DNA of 64,000 nucleotides from Auanema rhodensis (Eukaryota > Animalia > Nematoda), in the NCBI GenBank assembly GCA_964057225.1, contig OZ059895.1:19282001-19346000 (forward strand), read 5' to 3'. Both the position numbers and the translations under genes were made by a program. The first letter of the stretch is position 1. Every line of letters begins with the position of its first letter. Below, one piece after another: positions 29,241 to 44,659 of this stretch. The notes beneath the pieces are model-generated. The model saw nothing but the letters and a program-made list of their open reading frames with translations, made no database searches and had not been told where the DNA came from.

Positions 29241-31849
29241 GTCATGGTTACCATGCACCAATATCAATAAAAATTTGTTTTTAAACTAATATGGACATGG
29301 GGAATCTAATTTTGAAAACCGTATCTTTTTATCTTTCACGGGAAGCGAGTTACATACCATGTGCACATCACGTGTACAATTAATTAGCATAAATTAAAGT
29401 TCACGTAAATTTCAAAGTCATGGTTACCATGCACCAATATCAATAAAAATTTGTTTTTAAACTAATATGGACATGGGGAATCTAATTTTGAAAACCGCAT
29501 CTTTTTATCTTTCACGGGAAGCGAGTTACATACCATTTGCACATCACGTGTATATATAATTAGCATAAATTAAAGTTCACGTAAATTTCAAAGTCATGGT
29601 TACCATGCACCAATATCAATAAAAATTTGTTTTTAGACTAATATGGACATGGGGAATCTAATTTTGAAAACCGCATCTTTTTATCTTTCACGGGAAGCGA
29701 GTTACATACCATTTGCACATCACGTGTATATATAATTAGCATAAATTAAAGTTCACGTAAATTTCAAAGTCATGGTTACCATACACCGATATCAATAAAA
29801 ATTTGTTTTTAGACTAATATGGACATGGGGAATCTAATTTTGAAAACCGCATCTCTTTATCTTTCACGGGAAGCGAGTTACATACCATTTGCACATCACG
29901 TGTATATATAATTAGCATAAATTAAAGTTCACGTAAATTTCAAAGTCATGGTTACCATGCACCAATATCAATAAAAATTTGTTTTTAAACTAATATGGAC
30001 ATGGGGAATCTAATTTTGAAAACCGTATCTTTTTATCTTTCACGGGAAGCGAGTTATTACATACCATTTGCACATCACGTGTACAATTAATAAGCATAAC
30101 TTAAAGTTCACGTAAATTTGAAATTCATGGTAACCATACACCGATATCAATAATGTTTTGTTTTTAGACTAATATGGACATGGGGAATCTAATTTTGAAA
30201 ACCGCATCTCTTTATCTTTCACGGGAAGCGAGTTACATACCATGTGCACATCACGTGTACAATTAATTAGCATAAATTAAAGTTCACGTAAATTTCAAAG
30301 TCATGGTTACCATGCACCAATATCAATAAAAATTTGTTTTTAAACTAATATGGACATGGGGAATCTAATTTTGAAAACCGTATCTTTTTATCTTTCACGG
30401 GAAGCGAGTTATTACATACCATTTGCACATCACGTGTACAATTAATAAGCATAACTTAAAGTTCACGTAAATTTGAAATTCATGGTAACCATACACCGAT
30501 ATCAATAATGTTTTGTTTTTAGACTAATATGGACATGGGGAATCTAATTTTGAAAACCGCATCTTTTTATCTTTCACGGGAAGCGAGTTACATACCATGT
30601 GCACATCACGTGTACAATTAATTAGCATAAATTAAAGTTCACGTAAATTTCAAAGTCATGGTTACCATGCACCAATATCAAAAAAAATTTGTTTTTAGAC
30701 TAATATGGACATGGGGAATCTAATTTTGAAAACCGCATCTCTTTATCTTTCACGGGAAGCGAGTTACATACCATTTGCACATCACGTGTATATATAATTA
30801 GCATAAATTAAAGTTCACGTAAACGGGAAGCGAGTTACATACCATTTGCACATCACGTGTATATATAATTAGCATAAATTAAAGTTCACGTAAATTTCAA
30901 AGTCATGGTTACCATGCACCAATATCAATAAAAATTTGTTTTTAGACTAATATGGACATGGGGAATCTAATTTTGAAAACCGCATCTCTTTATCTTTCAC
31001 GGGAAGCGAGTTACATACCATTTGCACATCACGTGTATATATAATTAGCATAAATTAAAGTTCACGTAAACGGGAAGCGAGTTACATACCATTTGCACAT
31101 CACGTGTATATATAATTAGCATAAATTAAAGTTCACGTAAATTTCAAAGTCATGGTTACCATGCACCAATATCAATAAAAATTTGTTTTTAGACTAATAT
31201 GGACATGGGGAATCTAATTTTGAAAACCGCATCTTTTTATCTTTCACGGGAAGCGAGTTACATACCATGTGCACAGCACGTGTACAATTAATTAGCATAA
31301 ATTAAAGTTCACGTAAATTTCAAAGTCATTGTTACCACGCACCAATATCAATAATGTTATGTTTTTAGACTAATATGGACATGGGGAATCTAATTTTGAA
31401 AACCGCATCTCTTTATCTTTCACGGGAAGCGAGTTACATACCACGTGCACATCACGTGTACATTTAATTAGCATAAATTAAAGTTCACGTAAATTTCAAA
31501 GTCATTGTTACCATGCACCAATATCAATAAAAATTTGTTTTTAGACTAATATGGACATGGGGAATCTAATTTTGAGAACCGCATCTCTTTATCTTTCACG
31601 GGAAGCGAGTTACATACCATGTGCACATCACGTGTACAATTAATTAGCATAAATTAAAGTTCACGTAAATTTCAAAGTCATTGTTACCATGCACCAATAT
31701 CAATAAAAATTTGTTTTTAGACTAATATGGACATGGGGAATCTAATTTTGAAAACCGCATCTCTTTATCTTTCACGGTAAGCGAGTTACATACCACGTGC
31801 ACATCACGTGTACATTTAATTAGCATAAATTAAAGTTCACGTAAATTTC

Positions 31850-34800
31850 AAAGTCATTGTTACCATGCACCAATATCAATAAAAATTTGTTTTTAGACTA
31901 ATATGGACATGGGGAATCTAATTTTGAGAACCGCATCTCTTTATCTTTCACGGGAAGCGAGTTACATACCATGTGCACATCACGTGTACAATTAATTAGC
32001 ATAAATTAAAGTTCACGTAAATTTCAAAGTCATGGTTACCATGCACCGATATCAATAATGTTTTGTTTTTAGACTAATATGGACATGGGGAATCTAATTT
32101 TGAAAACCGCATCTTTTTATCTTTCACGGGAAGCGTGTTACATACCATGTGCACATCACGTGTACAATTAATTAGCATAAATTAAAGTTCACGTAAATTT
32201 CAAAGTCATGGTTACCATGCACCAATATCAATAAAAATTTGTTTTTAGACTAATATGGACATGGGGAATCTAATTTTGAAAACCGCATCTTTTTATCTTT
32301 CACGGGAAGCGAGTTACATACCATTTGCCCATCACGTGTATATATAATTAGCATAAATTAAAGTTCACGTAAATTTCAAAGTCATGGTTACCATGCACCA
32401 ATATCAATAAAAATTTGTTTTTAGACTAATATGGACATGGGGAATCTAATTCTGAAAACCGCATCTCTTTATCTTTCACGGGAAGCGAGTTATTACATAC
32501 CATGTGCACATCACGTGTACAATTAATTAGCATAAATTAAAGTTCACGTAAATTTCAAAGTCATGGTTACCATGCACCAATATCAATAAAAATTTGTTTT
32601 TAGACTAATATGGACATGGGGAATCTAATTTTGAAAACCGCATCTTTTTGTCTTTCACGGGAAGCGAGTTACATACCATGTGCACATCACGTGTACAATT
32701 AATTAGCATAAATTAAAGTTCATGTAAATTTCACAGTCATGGTTACCATGCACCAATATCAATAAAAATTTTTTTTTAGACTAATATGGACATGGGGAAT
32801 CTAATTTTGAAAACTGCATCTTTTTGTCTTTCACGGGAAGCGAGTTACATACCATGTGCACATCACGTGTACAATTAATTAGCATAAATTAAAGTTCATG
32901 TAAATTTCACAGTCATGGTTACCATGCACCAATATCAATAAAAATTTTTTTTTAGACTAATATGGACATGGGGAATCTAATTTTGAAAACTGCATCTTTT
33001 TGTCTTTCACGGGAAGCGAGTTACATACCATGTGCACATCACGTGTACAATTAATTAGCATAAATTAAAGTTCATGTAAATTTCACAGTCATGGTTACCA
33101 TGCACCAATATCAATAAAAATTTTTTTTTAGACTAATATGGACATGGGGAATCTAATTTTGAAAACCGCATCTTTTTGTCTTTCACGGGAAGCGAGTTAC
33201 ATACCATGTGCACATCACGTGTACAATTAATTAGCATAAATTAAAGTTCATGTAAATTTCACAGTCATGGTTACCATGCACCAATATCAATAAAAATTTT
33301 TTTTTAGACTAATATGGACATGGGGAATCTAATTTTGAGAACCGCATCTTTTTATCTTTCACGGGAAGCGAGTTACATACCATGTGCACATCACGTGTAC
33401 ATTTAATTAGCATAACTTAAAGTTCACGTAAATTTCAAAGTCATGGTTACCATGCACCAATATCAATAAAAATTTGTTTTTAGACTAATATGGACATGGG
33501 GAATCTAATTTTGAAAACTGCATCTTTTTATCTTTCACGGGAAGCGAGTTACATACCATTTGCACATCACGTGTATATATAATTAGCATAAATTAAAGTT
33601 CACGTAAATTTCAAAGTCATGGTTACCATGCACCAATATCAATAAAAATTTGTTTTTAGACTAATATGGACATGGGGAATCTAATTTTGAAAACCGCATC
33701 TTTTTATCTTTCACGGGAAGCGAGTTACATACCATGTGCACAGCACGTGTACAATTAATTAGCATAAATTAAAGTTCACGTAAATTTCAAAGTCATTGTT
33801 ACCACGCACCAATATCAATAATGTTATGTTTTTAGACTAATATGGACATGGGGAATCTAATTTTGAAAACCGCATCTCTTTATCTTTCACGGTAAGCGAG
33901 TTACATACCACGTGCACATCACGTGTACATTTAATTAGCATAAACTAAAGTTCACGTAAATTTCAAAGTCATTGTTACCATGCACCAATATCAATAAAAA
34001 TTTGTTTTTAGACTAATATGGACATGGGGAATCTAATTTTGAGAACCGCATCTCTTTATCTTTCACGGGAAGCGAGTTACATACCATGTGCACATCACGT
34101 GTACAATTAATTAGCATAAATTAAAGTTCACGTAAATTTCAAAGTCATGGTTACCATGCACCGATATCAATAATGTTTTGTTTTTAGACTAATATGGACA
34201 TGGGGAATCTAATTTTGAAAACCGCATCTTTTTATCTTTCACGGGAAGCGTGTTACATACCATGTGCACATCACGTGTACAATTAATTAGCATAAATTAA
34301 AGTTCACGTAAATTTCAAAGTCATGGTTACCATGCACCAATATCAATAAAAATTTGTTTTTAGACTAATATGGACATGGGGAATCTAATTTTGAAAACCG
34401 CATCTTTTTATCTTTCACGGGAAGCGAGTTACATACCATTTGCCCATCACGTGTATATATAATTAGCATAAATTAAAGTTCACGTAAATTTCAAAGTCAT
34501 GGTTACCATGCACCGATATCAATAATGTTTTGTTTTTAGACTAATATGGACATGGGGAATCTAATTTTGAAAACCGCATCTTTTTATCTTTCACGGGAAG
34601 CGAGTTACATACCATTTGCCCATCACGTGTATATATAATTAGCATAACTTAAAGTTCACGTAAATTTCAAAGTCATGGTTACCATGCACCAATATCAATA
34701 AAAATTTTTTTTAGACTAATATGGACATGGGGAATCTAATTTTGAAAACCGCATCTTTTTGTCTTTCACGGGAAGCGAGTTACATACCATGTGCACATCA

Positions 34801-37800
34801 CGTGTACAATTAATTAGCATAAATTAAAGTTCATGTAAATTTCACAGTCATGGTTACCATGCACCAATATCAATAAAAATTTTTTTTTAGACTAATATGG
34901 ACATGGGGAATCTAATTTTGAGAACCGCATCTTTTTATCTTTCACGGGAAGCGAGTTACACACCATGTGCACATCACGTGTACATTTAATTAGCATAACT
35001 TAAAGTTCACGTAAATTTCAAAGTCATGGTTACCATGCACCAATATCAATAAAAATTTGTTTTTAGACTAATATGGACATGGGGAATCTAATTTTGAAAA
35101 CTGCATCTTTTTATCTTTCACGGGAAGCGAGTTACATACCATTTGCACATCACGTGTATATATAATTAGCATAAATTAAAGTTCACGTAAATTTCAAAGT
35201 CATGGTTACCATGCACCAATATCAATAAAAATTTGTTTTTAAACTAATATGGACATGGGGAATCTAATTTTGAAAACCGTATCTTTTTATCTTTCACGGG
35301 AAGCGAGTTACATACCATGTGCACATCACGTGTACAATTAATTAGCATAAATTAAAGTTCACGTAAATTTCAAAGTCATTGTTACCATGCACCAATATCA
35401 ATAAAAATTTGTTTTTAGACTAATATGGACATGGGGAATCTAATTTTGAGAACCGCATCTCTTTATCTTTCACGGGAAGCGAGTTACATACCATGTGCAC
35501 ATCACGTGTACAATTAATTAGCATAAATTAAAGTTCACGTAAATTTCAAAGTCATGGTTACCATGCACCGATATCAATAATGTTTTGTTTTTAGACTAAT
35601 ATGGACATGGGGAATCTAATTTTGAAAACCGCATCTTTTTATCTTTCACGGGAAGCGTGTTACATACCATGTGCACATCACGTGTACAATTAATTAGCAT
35701 AAATTAAAGTTCACGTAAATTTCAAAGTCATGGTTACCATGCACCAATATCAATAAAAATTTGTTTTTAGTCTAATATGGACATGGGGAATCTAATTTTG
35801 AAAACCGCATCTTTTTATCTTTCACGGGAAGCGAGTTACATACCATTTGCCCATCACGTGTATATATAATTAGCATAAATTAAAGTTCACGTAAATTTCA
35901 AAGTCATGGTTACCATGCACCAATATCAATAAAAATTTGTTTTTAGACTAATATGGACATGGGGAATCTAATTCTGAAAACCGCATCTCTTTATCTTTCA
36001 CGGGAAGCGAGTTATTACATACCATGTGCACATCACGTGTACAATTAATTAGCATAAATTAAAGTTCACGTAAATTTCAAAGTCATGGTTACCATGCACC
36101 AATATCAATAAAAATTTGTTTTTAGACTAATATGGACATGGGGAATCTAATTTTGAAAACCGCATCTTTTTGTCTTTCACGGGAAGCGAGTTACATACCA
36201 TGTGCACATCACGTGTACAATTAATTAGCATAAATTAAAGTTCATGTAAATTTCACAGTCATGGTTACCATGCACCAATATCAATAAAAATTTTTTTTTA
36301 GACTAATATGGACATGGGGAATCTAATTTTGAAAACTGCATCTTTTTGTCTTTCACGGGAAGCGAGTTACATACCATGTGCACATCACGTGTACAATTAA
36401 TTAGCATAAATTAAAGTTCATGTAAATTTCACAGTCATGGTTACCATGCACCAATATCAATAAAAATTTTTTTTTAGACTAATATGGACATGGGGAATCT
36501 AATTTTGAGAACCGCATCTTTTTATCTTTCACGGGAAGCGAGTTACACACCATGTGCACATCACGTGTACATTTAATTAGCATAACTTAAAGTTCACGTA
36601 AATTTCAAAGTCATGGTTACCATGCACCAATATCAATAAAAATTTTTTTTTAGACTAATATGGACATGGGGAATCTAATTTTGAAAACCGCATCTTTTTG
36701 TCTTTCACGGGAAGCGAGTTACATACCATGTGCACATCACGTGTACAATTAATTAGCATAAATTAAAGTTCATGTAAATTTCACAGTCATGGTTACCATG
36801 CACCAATATCAATAAAAATTTTTTTTAGACTAATATGGACATGGGGAATCTAATTTTGAGAACCGCATCTTTTTATCTTTCACGGGAAGCGAGTTACATA
36901 CCATGTGCACATCACGTGTACATTTAATTAGCATAACTTAAAGTTCACGTAAATTTCAAAGTCATGGTTACCATGCACCAATATCAATAAAAATTTGTTT
37001 TTAGACTAATATGGACATGGGGAATCTAATTTTGAAAACTGCATCTTTTTATCTTTCACGGGAAGCGAGTTACATACCATTTGCACATCACGTGTATATA
37101 TAATTAGCATAAATTAAAGTTCACGTAAATTTCAAAGTCATGGTTACCATGCACCAATATCAATAAAAATTTGTTTTTAGACTAATATGGACATGGGGAA
37201 TCTAATTTTGAAAACCGCATCTTTTTATCTTTCACGGGAAGCGAGTTACATACCATGTGCACAGCACGTGTACAATTAATTAGCATAAATTAAAGTTCAC
37301 GTAAATTTCAAAGTCATTGTTACCACGCACCAATATCAATAATGTTATGTTTTTAGACTAATATGGACATGGGGAATCTAATTTTGAAAACCGCATCTCT
37401 TTATCTTTCACGGTAAGCGAGTTACATACCACGTGCACATCACGTGTACATTTAATTAGCATAAACTAAAGTTCACGTAAATTTCAAAGTCATTGTTACC
37501 ATGCACCAATATCAATAAAAATTTGTTTTTAGACTAATATGGACATGGGGAATCTAATTTTGAGAACCGCATCTCTTTATCTTTCACGGGAAGCGAGTTA
37601 CATACCATGTGCACATCACGTGTACAATTAATTAGCATAAATTAAAGTTCACGTAAATTTCAAAGTCATGGTTACCATGCACCGATATCAATAATGTTTT
37701 GTTTTTAGACTAATATGGACATGGGGAATCTAATTTTGAAAACCGCATCTTTTTATCTTTCACGGGAAGCGTGTTACATACCATGTGCACATCACGTGTA

Positions 37801-38900
37801 CAATTAATTAGCATAAATTAAAGTTCACGTAAATTTCAAAGTCATGGTTACCATGCACCAATATCAATAAAAATTTGTTTTTAGACTAATATGGACATGG
37901 GGAATCTAATTTTGAAAACCGCATCTTTTTATCTTTCACGGGAAGCGAGTTACATACCATTTGCCCATCACGTGTATATATAATTAGCATAAATTAAAGT
38001 TCACGTAAATTTCAAAGTCATGGTTACCATGCACCGATATCAATAATGTTTTGTTTTTAGACTAATATGGACATGGGGAATCTAATTTTGAAAACCGCAT
38101 CTTTTTATCTTTCACGGGAAGCGAGTTACATACCATTTGCCCATCACGTGTATATATAATTAGCATAACTTAAAGTTCACGTAAATTTCAAAGTCATGGT
38201 TACCATGCACCAATATCAATAAAAATTTTTTTTAGACTAATATGGACATGGGGAATCTAATTTTGAAAACCGCATCTTTTTGTCTTTCACGGGAAGCGAG
38301 TTACATACCATGTGCACATCACGTGTACAATTAATTAGCATAAATTAAAGTTCATGTAAATTTCACAGTCATGGTTACCATGCACCAATATCAATAAAAA
38401 TTTTTTTTTAGACTAATATGGACATGGGGAATCTAATTTTGAGAACCGCATCTTTTTATCTTTCACGGGAAGCGAGTTACACACCATGTGCACATCACGT
38501 GTACATTTAATTAGCATAACTTAAAGTTCACGTAAATTTCAAAGTCATGGTTACCATGCACCAATATCAATAAAAATTTGTTTTTAGACTAATATGGACA
38601 TGGGGAATCTAATTTTGAAAACTGCATCTTTTTATCTTTCACGGGAAGCGAGTTACATACCATTTGCACATCACGTGTATATATAATTAGCATAAATTAA
38701 AGTTCACGTAAATTTCAAAGTCATGGTTACCATGCACCAATATCAATAAAAATTTGTTTTTAAACTAATATGGACATGGGGAATCTAATTTTGAAAACCG
38801 TATCTTTTTATCTTTCACGGGAAGCGAGTTACATACCATGTGCACATCACGTGTACAATTAATTAGCATAAATTAAAGTTCACGTAAATTTCAAAGTCAT
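31850..38900 (+). repeat. Tandem duplication of ~20 monomers (3521-3522 bp) carrying the tttGtc / ttcaTgt / ttcaCag / poly-T monomer subtype
   Basis: taaaCtaaag at 33945/37466 and gtcaTTg at 31858/35380. Monomer order is the same in both copies apart from a small internal difference near 36.5 kb. Confidence 0.85.
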
Positions 38901-41900
38901 GGTTACCATACACCGATATCAATAAAAATTTGTTTTTAGACTAATATGGACATGGGGAATCTAATTTTGAAAACCGCATCTCTTTATCTTTCACGGGAAG
39001 CGAGTTACATACCATTTGCACATCACGTGTATATATAATTAGCATAAATTAAAGTTCACGTAAATTTCAAAGTCATGGTTACCATGCACCAATATCAATA
39101 AAAATTTGTTTTTAAACTAATATGGACATGGGGAATCTAATTTTGAAAACCGCATCTTTTTATCTTTCACGGGAAGCGAGTTATTACATACCATTTGCAC
39201 ATCACGTGTACAATTAATTAGCATAACTTAAAGTTCACGTAAATTTGAAATTCATGGTAACCATACACCGATATCAATAAAAATTTGTTTTTAGACTAAT
39301 ATGGACATGGGGAATCTAATTTTGAGAACCGCATCTCTTTATCTTTCACGGGAAGCGAGTTACATACCATGTGCACATCACGTGTACAATTAATTAGCAT
39401 AAATTAAAGTTCACGTAAATTTCAAAGTCATGATTACCATGCACCGATATCAATAATGTTTTGTTTTTAGACTAATATGGACATGGGGAATCAAATTTTG
39501 AAAACCGCATCTTTTTATCTTTCACGGGAAGCGAGTTACATACCATGTGCACATCACGTGTACAATTAATTAGCATAACTTAAAGTTCACGTAAATTTGA
39601 AATTCATGGTAACCATACACCGATATCAATAATGTTTTGTTTTTAGACTAATATGGACATGGGGAATCTAATTTTGAAAACCGCATCTTTTTATCTTTCA
39701 CGGGAAGCGAGTTACATACCATGTGCACATCACGTGTACAATTAATTAGCATAAATTAAAGTTCACGTAAATTTCAAAGTCATGGTTACCATGCACCAAT
39801 ATCAATAAAAATTTGTTTTTAGACTAATATGGACATGGGGAATCTAATTTTGAAAACTGCATCTTTTTATCTTTCACGGGAAGCGAGTTACATACCATGT
39901 GCACATCACGTGTACAATTAATTAGCATAAATTAAAGTTCACGTAAATTTGAAATTCATGGTAACCATACACCGATATCAATAATGTTTTGTTTTTAGAC
40001 TAATATGGACATGGGGAATCTAATTTTGAAAACCGCATCTCTTTATCTTTCACGGGAAGCGAGTTACATACCATTTGCACATCACGTGTATATATAATTA
40101 GCATAAATTAAAGTTCACGTAAATTTCAAAGTCATGGTTACCATGCACCAATATCAATAAAAATTTGTTTTTAAACTAATATGGACATGGGGAATCTAAT
40201 TTTGAAAACCGTATCTTTTTATCTTTCACGGGAAGCGAGTTACATACCATGTGCACATCACGTGTACAATTAATTAGCATAAATTAAAGTTCACGTAAAT
40301 TTCAAAGTCATGGTTACCATGCACCAATATCAATAAAAATCTGTTTTTAGACTAATATGGACATGGGGAATCTAATTTTGAAAACTGCATCTTTTTATCT
40401 TTCACGGGAAGCGAGTTACATACCATGTGCACATCACGTGTACAATTAATTAGCATAAATTAAAGTTCACGTAAATTTGAAATTCATGGTAACCATACAC
40501 CGATATCAATAATGTTTTGTTTTTAGACTAATATGGACATGGGGAATCTAATTTTGAAAACCGCATCTTTTTATCTTTCACGGGAAGCGAGTTACATACC
40601 ATGTGCACATCACGTGTACAATTAATTAGCATAAATTAAAGTTCACGTAAATTTCAAAGTCATGGTTACCATGCACCAATATCAATGAAAATTTGTTTTT
40701 AGACTAATATGGACATGGGGAATCTAATTTTGAAAACTGCATCTTTTTATCTTTCACGGGAAGCGAGTTACATACCATGTGCACATCACGTGTACAATTA
40801 ATTAGCATAAATTAAAGTTCACGTAAATTTCAAAGTCATGGTTACCATACACCGATATCAATAATGTTTTGTTTTCAGACTAATATGGACATGGGGAATC
40901 TAATTTTGAAAACCGCATCTTTTTATCTTTCACGGGAAGCGAGTTACATACCATGTGCACATCACGTGTACAATTAATTAGCATAAATTAAAGTTCACGT
41001 AAATTTCAAAGTCATGGTTACCATGCACCAATATCAATAAAAATTTGTTTTTAAACTAATATGGACATGGGGAATCTAATTTTGAAAACCGTATCTTTTT
41101 ATCTTTCACGGGAAGCGAGTTATTACATACCATTTGCACATCACGTGTACAATTAATTAGCATAACTTAAAGTTCACGTAAATTTGAAATTCATGGTAAC
41201 CATACACCGATATCAATAATGTTTTGTTTTTAGACTAATATGGACATGGGGAATCTAATTTTGAAAACCGCATCTTTTTATCTTTCACGGGAAGCGAGTT
41301 ACATACCATGTGCACATCACGTGTACAATTAATTAGCATAAATTAAAGTTCACGTAAATTTCAAAGTCATGGTTACCATGCACCAATATCAATAAAAATT
41401 TGTTTTTAGACTAATATGGACATGGGGAATCTAATTTTGAGAACCGCATCTCTTTATCTTTCACGGGAAGCGAGTTACATACCATTTGCACATCACGTGT
41501 ATATATAATTAGCATAAATTAAAGTTCACGTAAATTTCAAAGTCACTGTTACCACGCACCAATATCAATAATGTTATGTTTTTAGACTAATATGGACATG
41601 GGGAATCTAATTTTGAAAACCGCATCTCTTTATCTTTCACGGTAAGCGAGTTACATACCACGTGCACATCACGTGTACATTTAATTAGCATAAATTAAAG
41701 TTCACGTAAATTTCAAAGTCATTGTTACCATGCACCAATATCAATAAAAATTTGTTTTTAGACTAATATGGACATGGGGAATCTAATTTTGAGAACCGCA
41801 TCTCTTTATCTTTCACGGGAAGCGAGTTACATACCATGTGCACATCACGTGTACAATTAATTAGCATAAATTAAAGTTCACGTAAATTTCAAAGTCATGG

Positions 41901-44577
41901 TTACCATGCACCGATATCAATAATGTTTTGTTTTTAGACTAATATGGACATGGGGAATCTAATTTTGAAAACCGCATCTTTTTAGATTTCACGGGAAGCG
42001 AGTTACATACCATGTGCACATCACGTGTACAATTAATTAGCATAACTTAAAGTTCACGTAAATTTGAAATTCATGGTAACCATACACCGATATCAATAAT
42101 GTTTTGTTTTTAGACTAATATGGACATGGGGAATCTAATTTTGAAAACCGCATCTTTTTATCTTTCACGGGAAGCGAGTTACATACCATGTGCACATCAC
42201 GTGTTCAATTAATTAGCATAAATTAAAGTTCACGTAAATTTCACAGTCATGGTTACCATGCAACAATATCAATAAAAATTTGTTTTTAGACTAATATGGA
42301 CATGGGGAATCTAATTTTGAAAACCGCATCTTTTTATCTTTCACGGGAAGCGAGTTACACACCATGTGCACATCACGTGTATATATAATTAGCATAAATT
42401 AAAGTTCACGTAAATTTCAAAGTCATGGTTACCATGCACCAATATCAATAAAAATTTGTTTTTAAACTAATATGGACATGGGGAATCTAATTTTGAAAAC
42501 CGCATCTTTTTATCTTTCACGGGAAGCGAGTTACATACCATGTGCACATCACGTGTTCAATTAATTAGCATAAATTAAAGTTCACGTAAATTTCACAGTC
42601 ATGGTTACCATGCAACAATATCAATAAAAATTTGTTTTTAGACTAATATGGACATGGGGAATCTAATTTTGAAAACCGCATCTTTTTATCTTTTACGGGA
42701 AGCGAGTTACACACCATGTGCACATCACGTGTATATATAATTAGCATAAATTAAAGTTCACGTAAATTTCAAAGTCATGGTTACCATGCACCAATATCAA
42801 TAAAAATTTGTTTTTAGACTAATATGGACATGGGGAATCTAATTTTGAAAACCGCATCTTTTTATCTTTCACGGGAAGCGAGTTACACACCATGTGCACA
42901 TCACGTGTATATATAATTAGCATAAATTAAAGTTCACGTAAATTTCAAAGTCATGGTTACCATGCACCAATATCAATAAAAATTTGTTTTTAAACTAATA
43001 TGGACATGGGGAATCTAATTTTGAAAACCTTATCTTTTTATCTTTCACGGGAAGCGAGTTACATACCATGTGCACATCACGTGTACAATTAATTAGCATA
43101 AATTAAAGTTCACGTAAATTTCACAGTCATGGTTACCATGCACCAATATCAATAAAAATTTGTTTTTAAACTAATATGGACATGGGGAATCTAATTTTGA
43201 AAACCTTATCTTTTTATCTTTCACGGGAAGCGAGTTACATACCATGTGCACATCACGTGTACAATTAATTAGCATAAATTAAAGTTCACGTAAATTTCAC
43301 AGTCATGGTTACCATGCACCAATATCAATAAAAATTTGTTTTTAGACTAATATGGACATGGGGAATCTAATTTTGAAAACCGCATCTCTTTATCTTTCAC
43401 GGGAAGCGAGTTACACACCATGTGCACATCACGTGTACATTTAATTAGCATAACTTAAAGTTCACGTAAATTTCAAAGTCATGGTTACCATGCACCAATA
43501 TCAATAAAAATTTGTTTTTAAACTAATATGGACATGGGGAATCTAATTTTGAAAACCGTATCTTTTTATCTTTCACGGGAAGCGAGTTATTACATACCAT
43601 TTGCACATCACGTGTACAATTAATTAGCATAACTTAAATATCACGTAAATTTGAAATTCATGGTAACCATACACCGATATCAATAATGTTTTGTTTTTAG
43701 ACTAACATGAACATGGGGAATCTAATTTTGAAAACCGCATCTTTTTATCTTTCACGGGAAGCGAGTTACATACCATGTGCACATCACGTGTACAATTAAT
43801 TAGCATAAATTAAAGTTCACGTAAATTTCAAAGTCATGGTTACCATGCACCAATATCAATAAAAATTTGTTTTTAGACTAACATGAACATGGGGAATCTA
43901 ATTTTGAAAACCGCATCTTTTTGTCTTTCACGGGAAGCGAGTTACATACCATGTGCACATCACATGTACAATTAATTAGCATAAATTAAAGTTCATGTAA
44001 ATTTCACAGTCATGGTTACCATGCACCAATATCAATAATGTTATGTTTTTAGACTAATATGGACATGGGGAATCTAATTTTGAGAACCGCATCTCTTTAT
44101 CTTTCACGGTAAGCGAGTTACATACCACGTGCACATCACGTGTACATTTAATTAGCATAAATTAAAGTTCACGTAAATTTGAAATTCATGGTAACCATAC
44201 ACCGATATCAATAATGTTTTGTTTTTAGACTAATATGGACATGGGGAATCTAATTTTGAAAACCGCATCTTTTTATCTTTCACGGGAAGCGAGTTACATA
44301 CCATGTGCACATCACGTGTACAATTAATTAGCATAAATTAAAGTTCACGTAAATTTCAAAGTCATGGTTACCATGCACCAATATCAATAAAAATTTGTTT
44401 TTAGACTAATATGAACATGGGGAATCTAATTTTGAAAACCGCATCTTTTTATCTTTCACGGGAAGCGAGTTACATACCATTTGCACATCACGTGTATATA
44501 TAATTAGCATAAATTAAAGTTCACGTAAATTTCAAAGTCATGGTTACCATGCACCAATATCAATAAAAATTTGTTTT

Positions 44578-44613
44578 TAGACTAATATGGACATGTAGAC
44601 TAATATGGACATG
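44578..44613 (+). repeat. Unique 18-bp internal tandem duplication TAGACTAATATGGACATG x2, giving a 194-bp monomer (44469-44662)
   Basis: Read directly from the sequence; monomer starts at 44469 and 44663. Confidence 0.93.
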
Positions 44614-44659
44614 GGGAATCTAATTTTGAAAACCGCATCTCTTTATCTTTCACGGGAAG

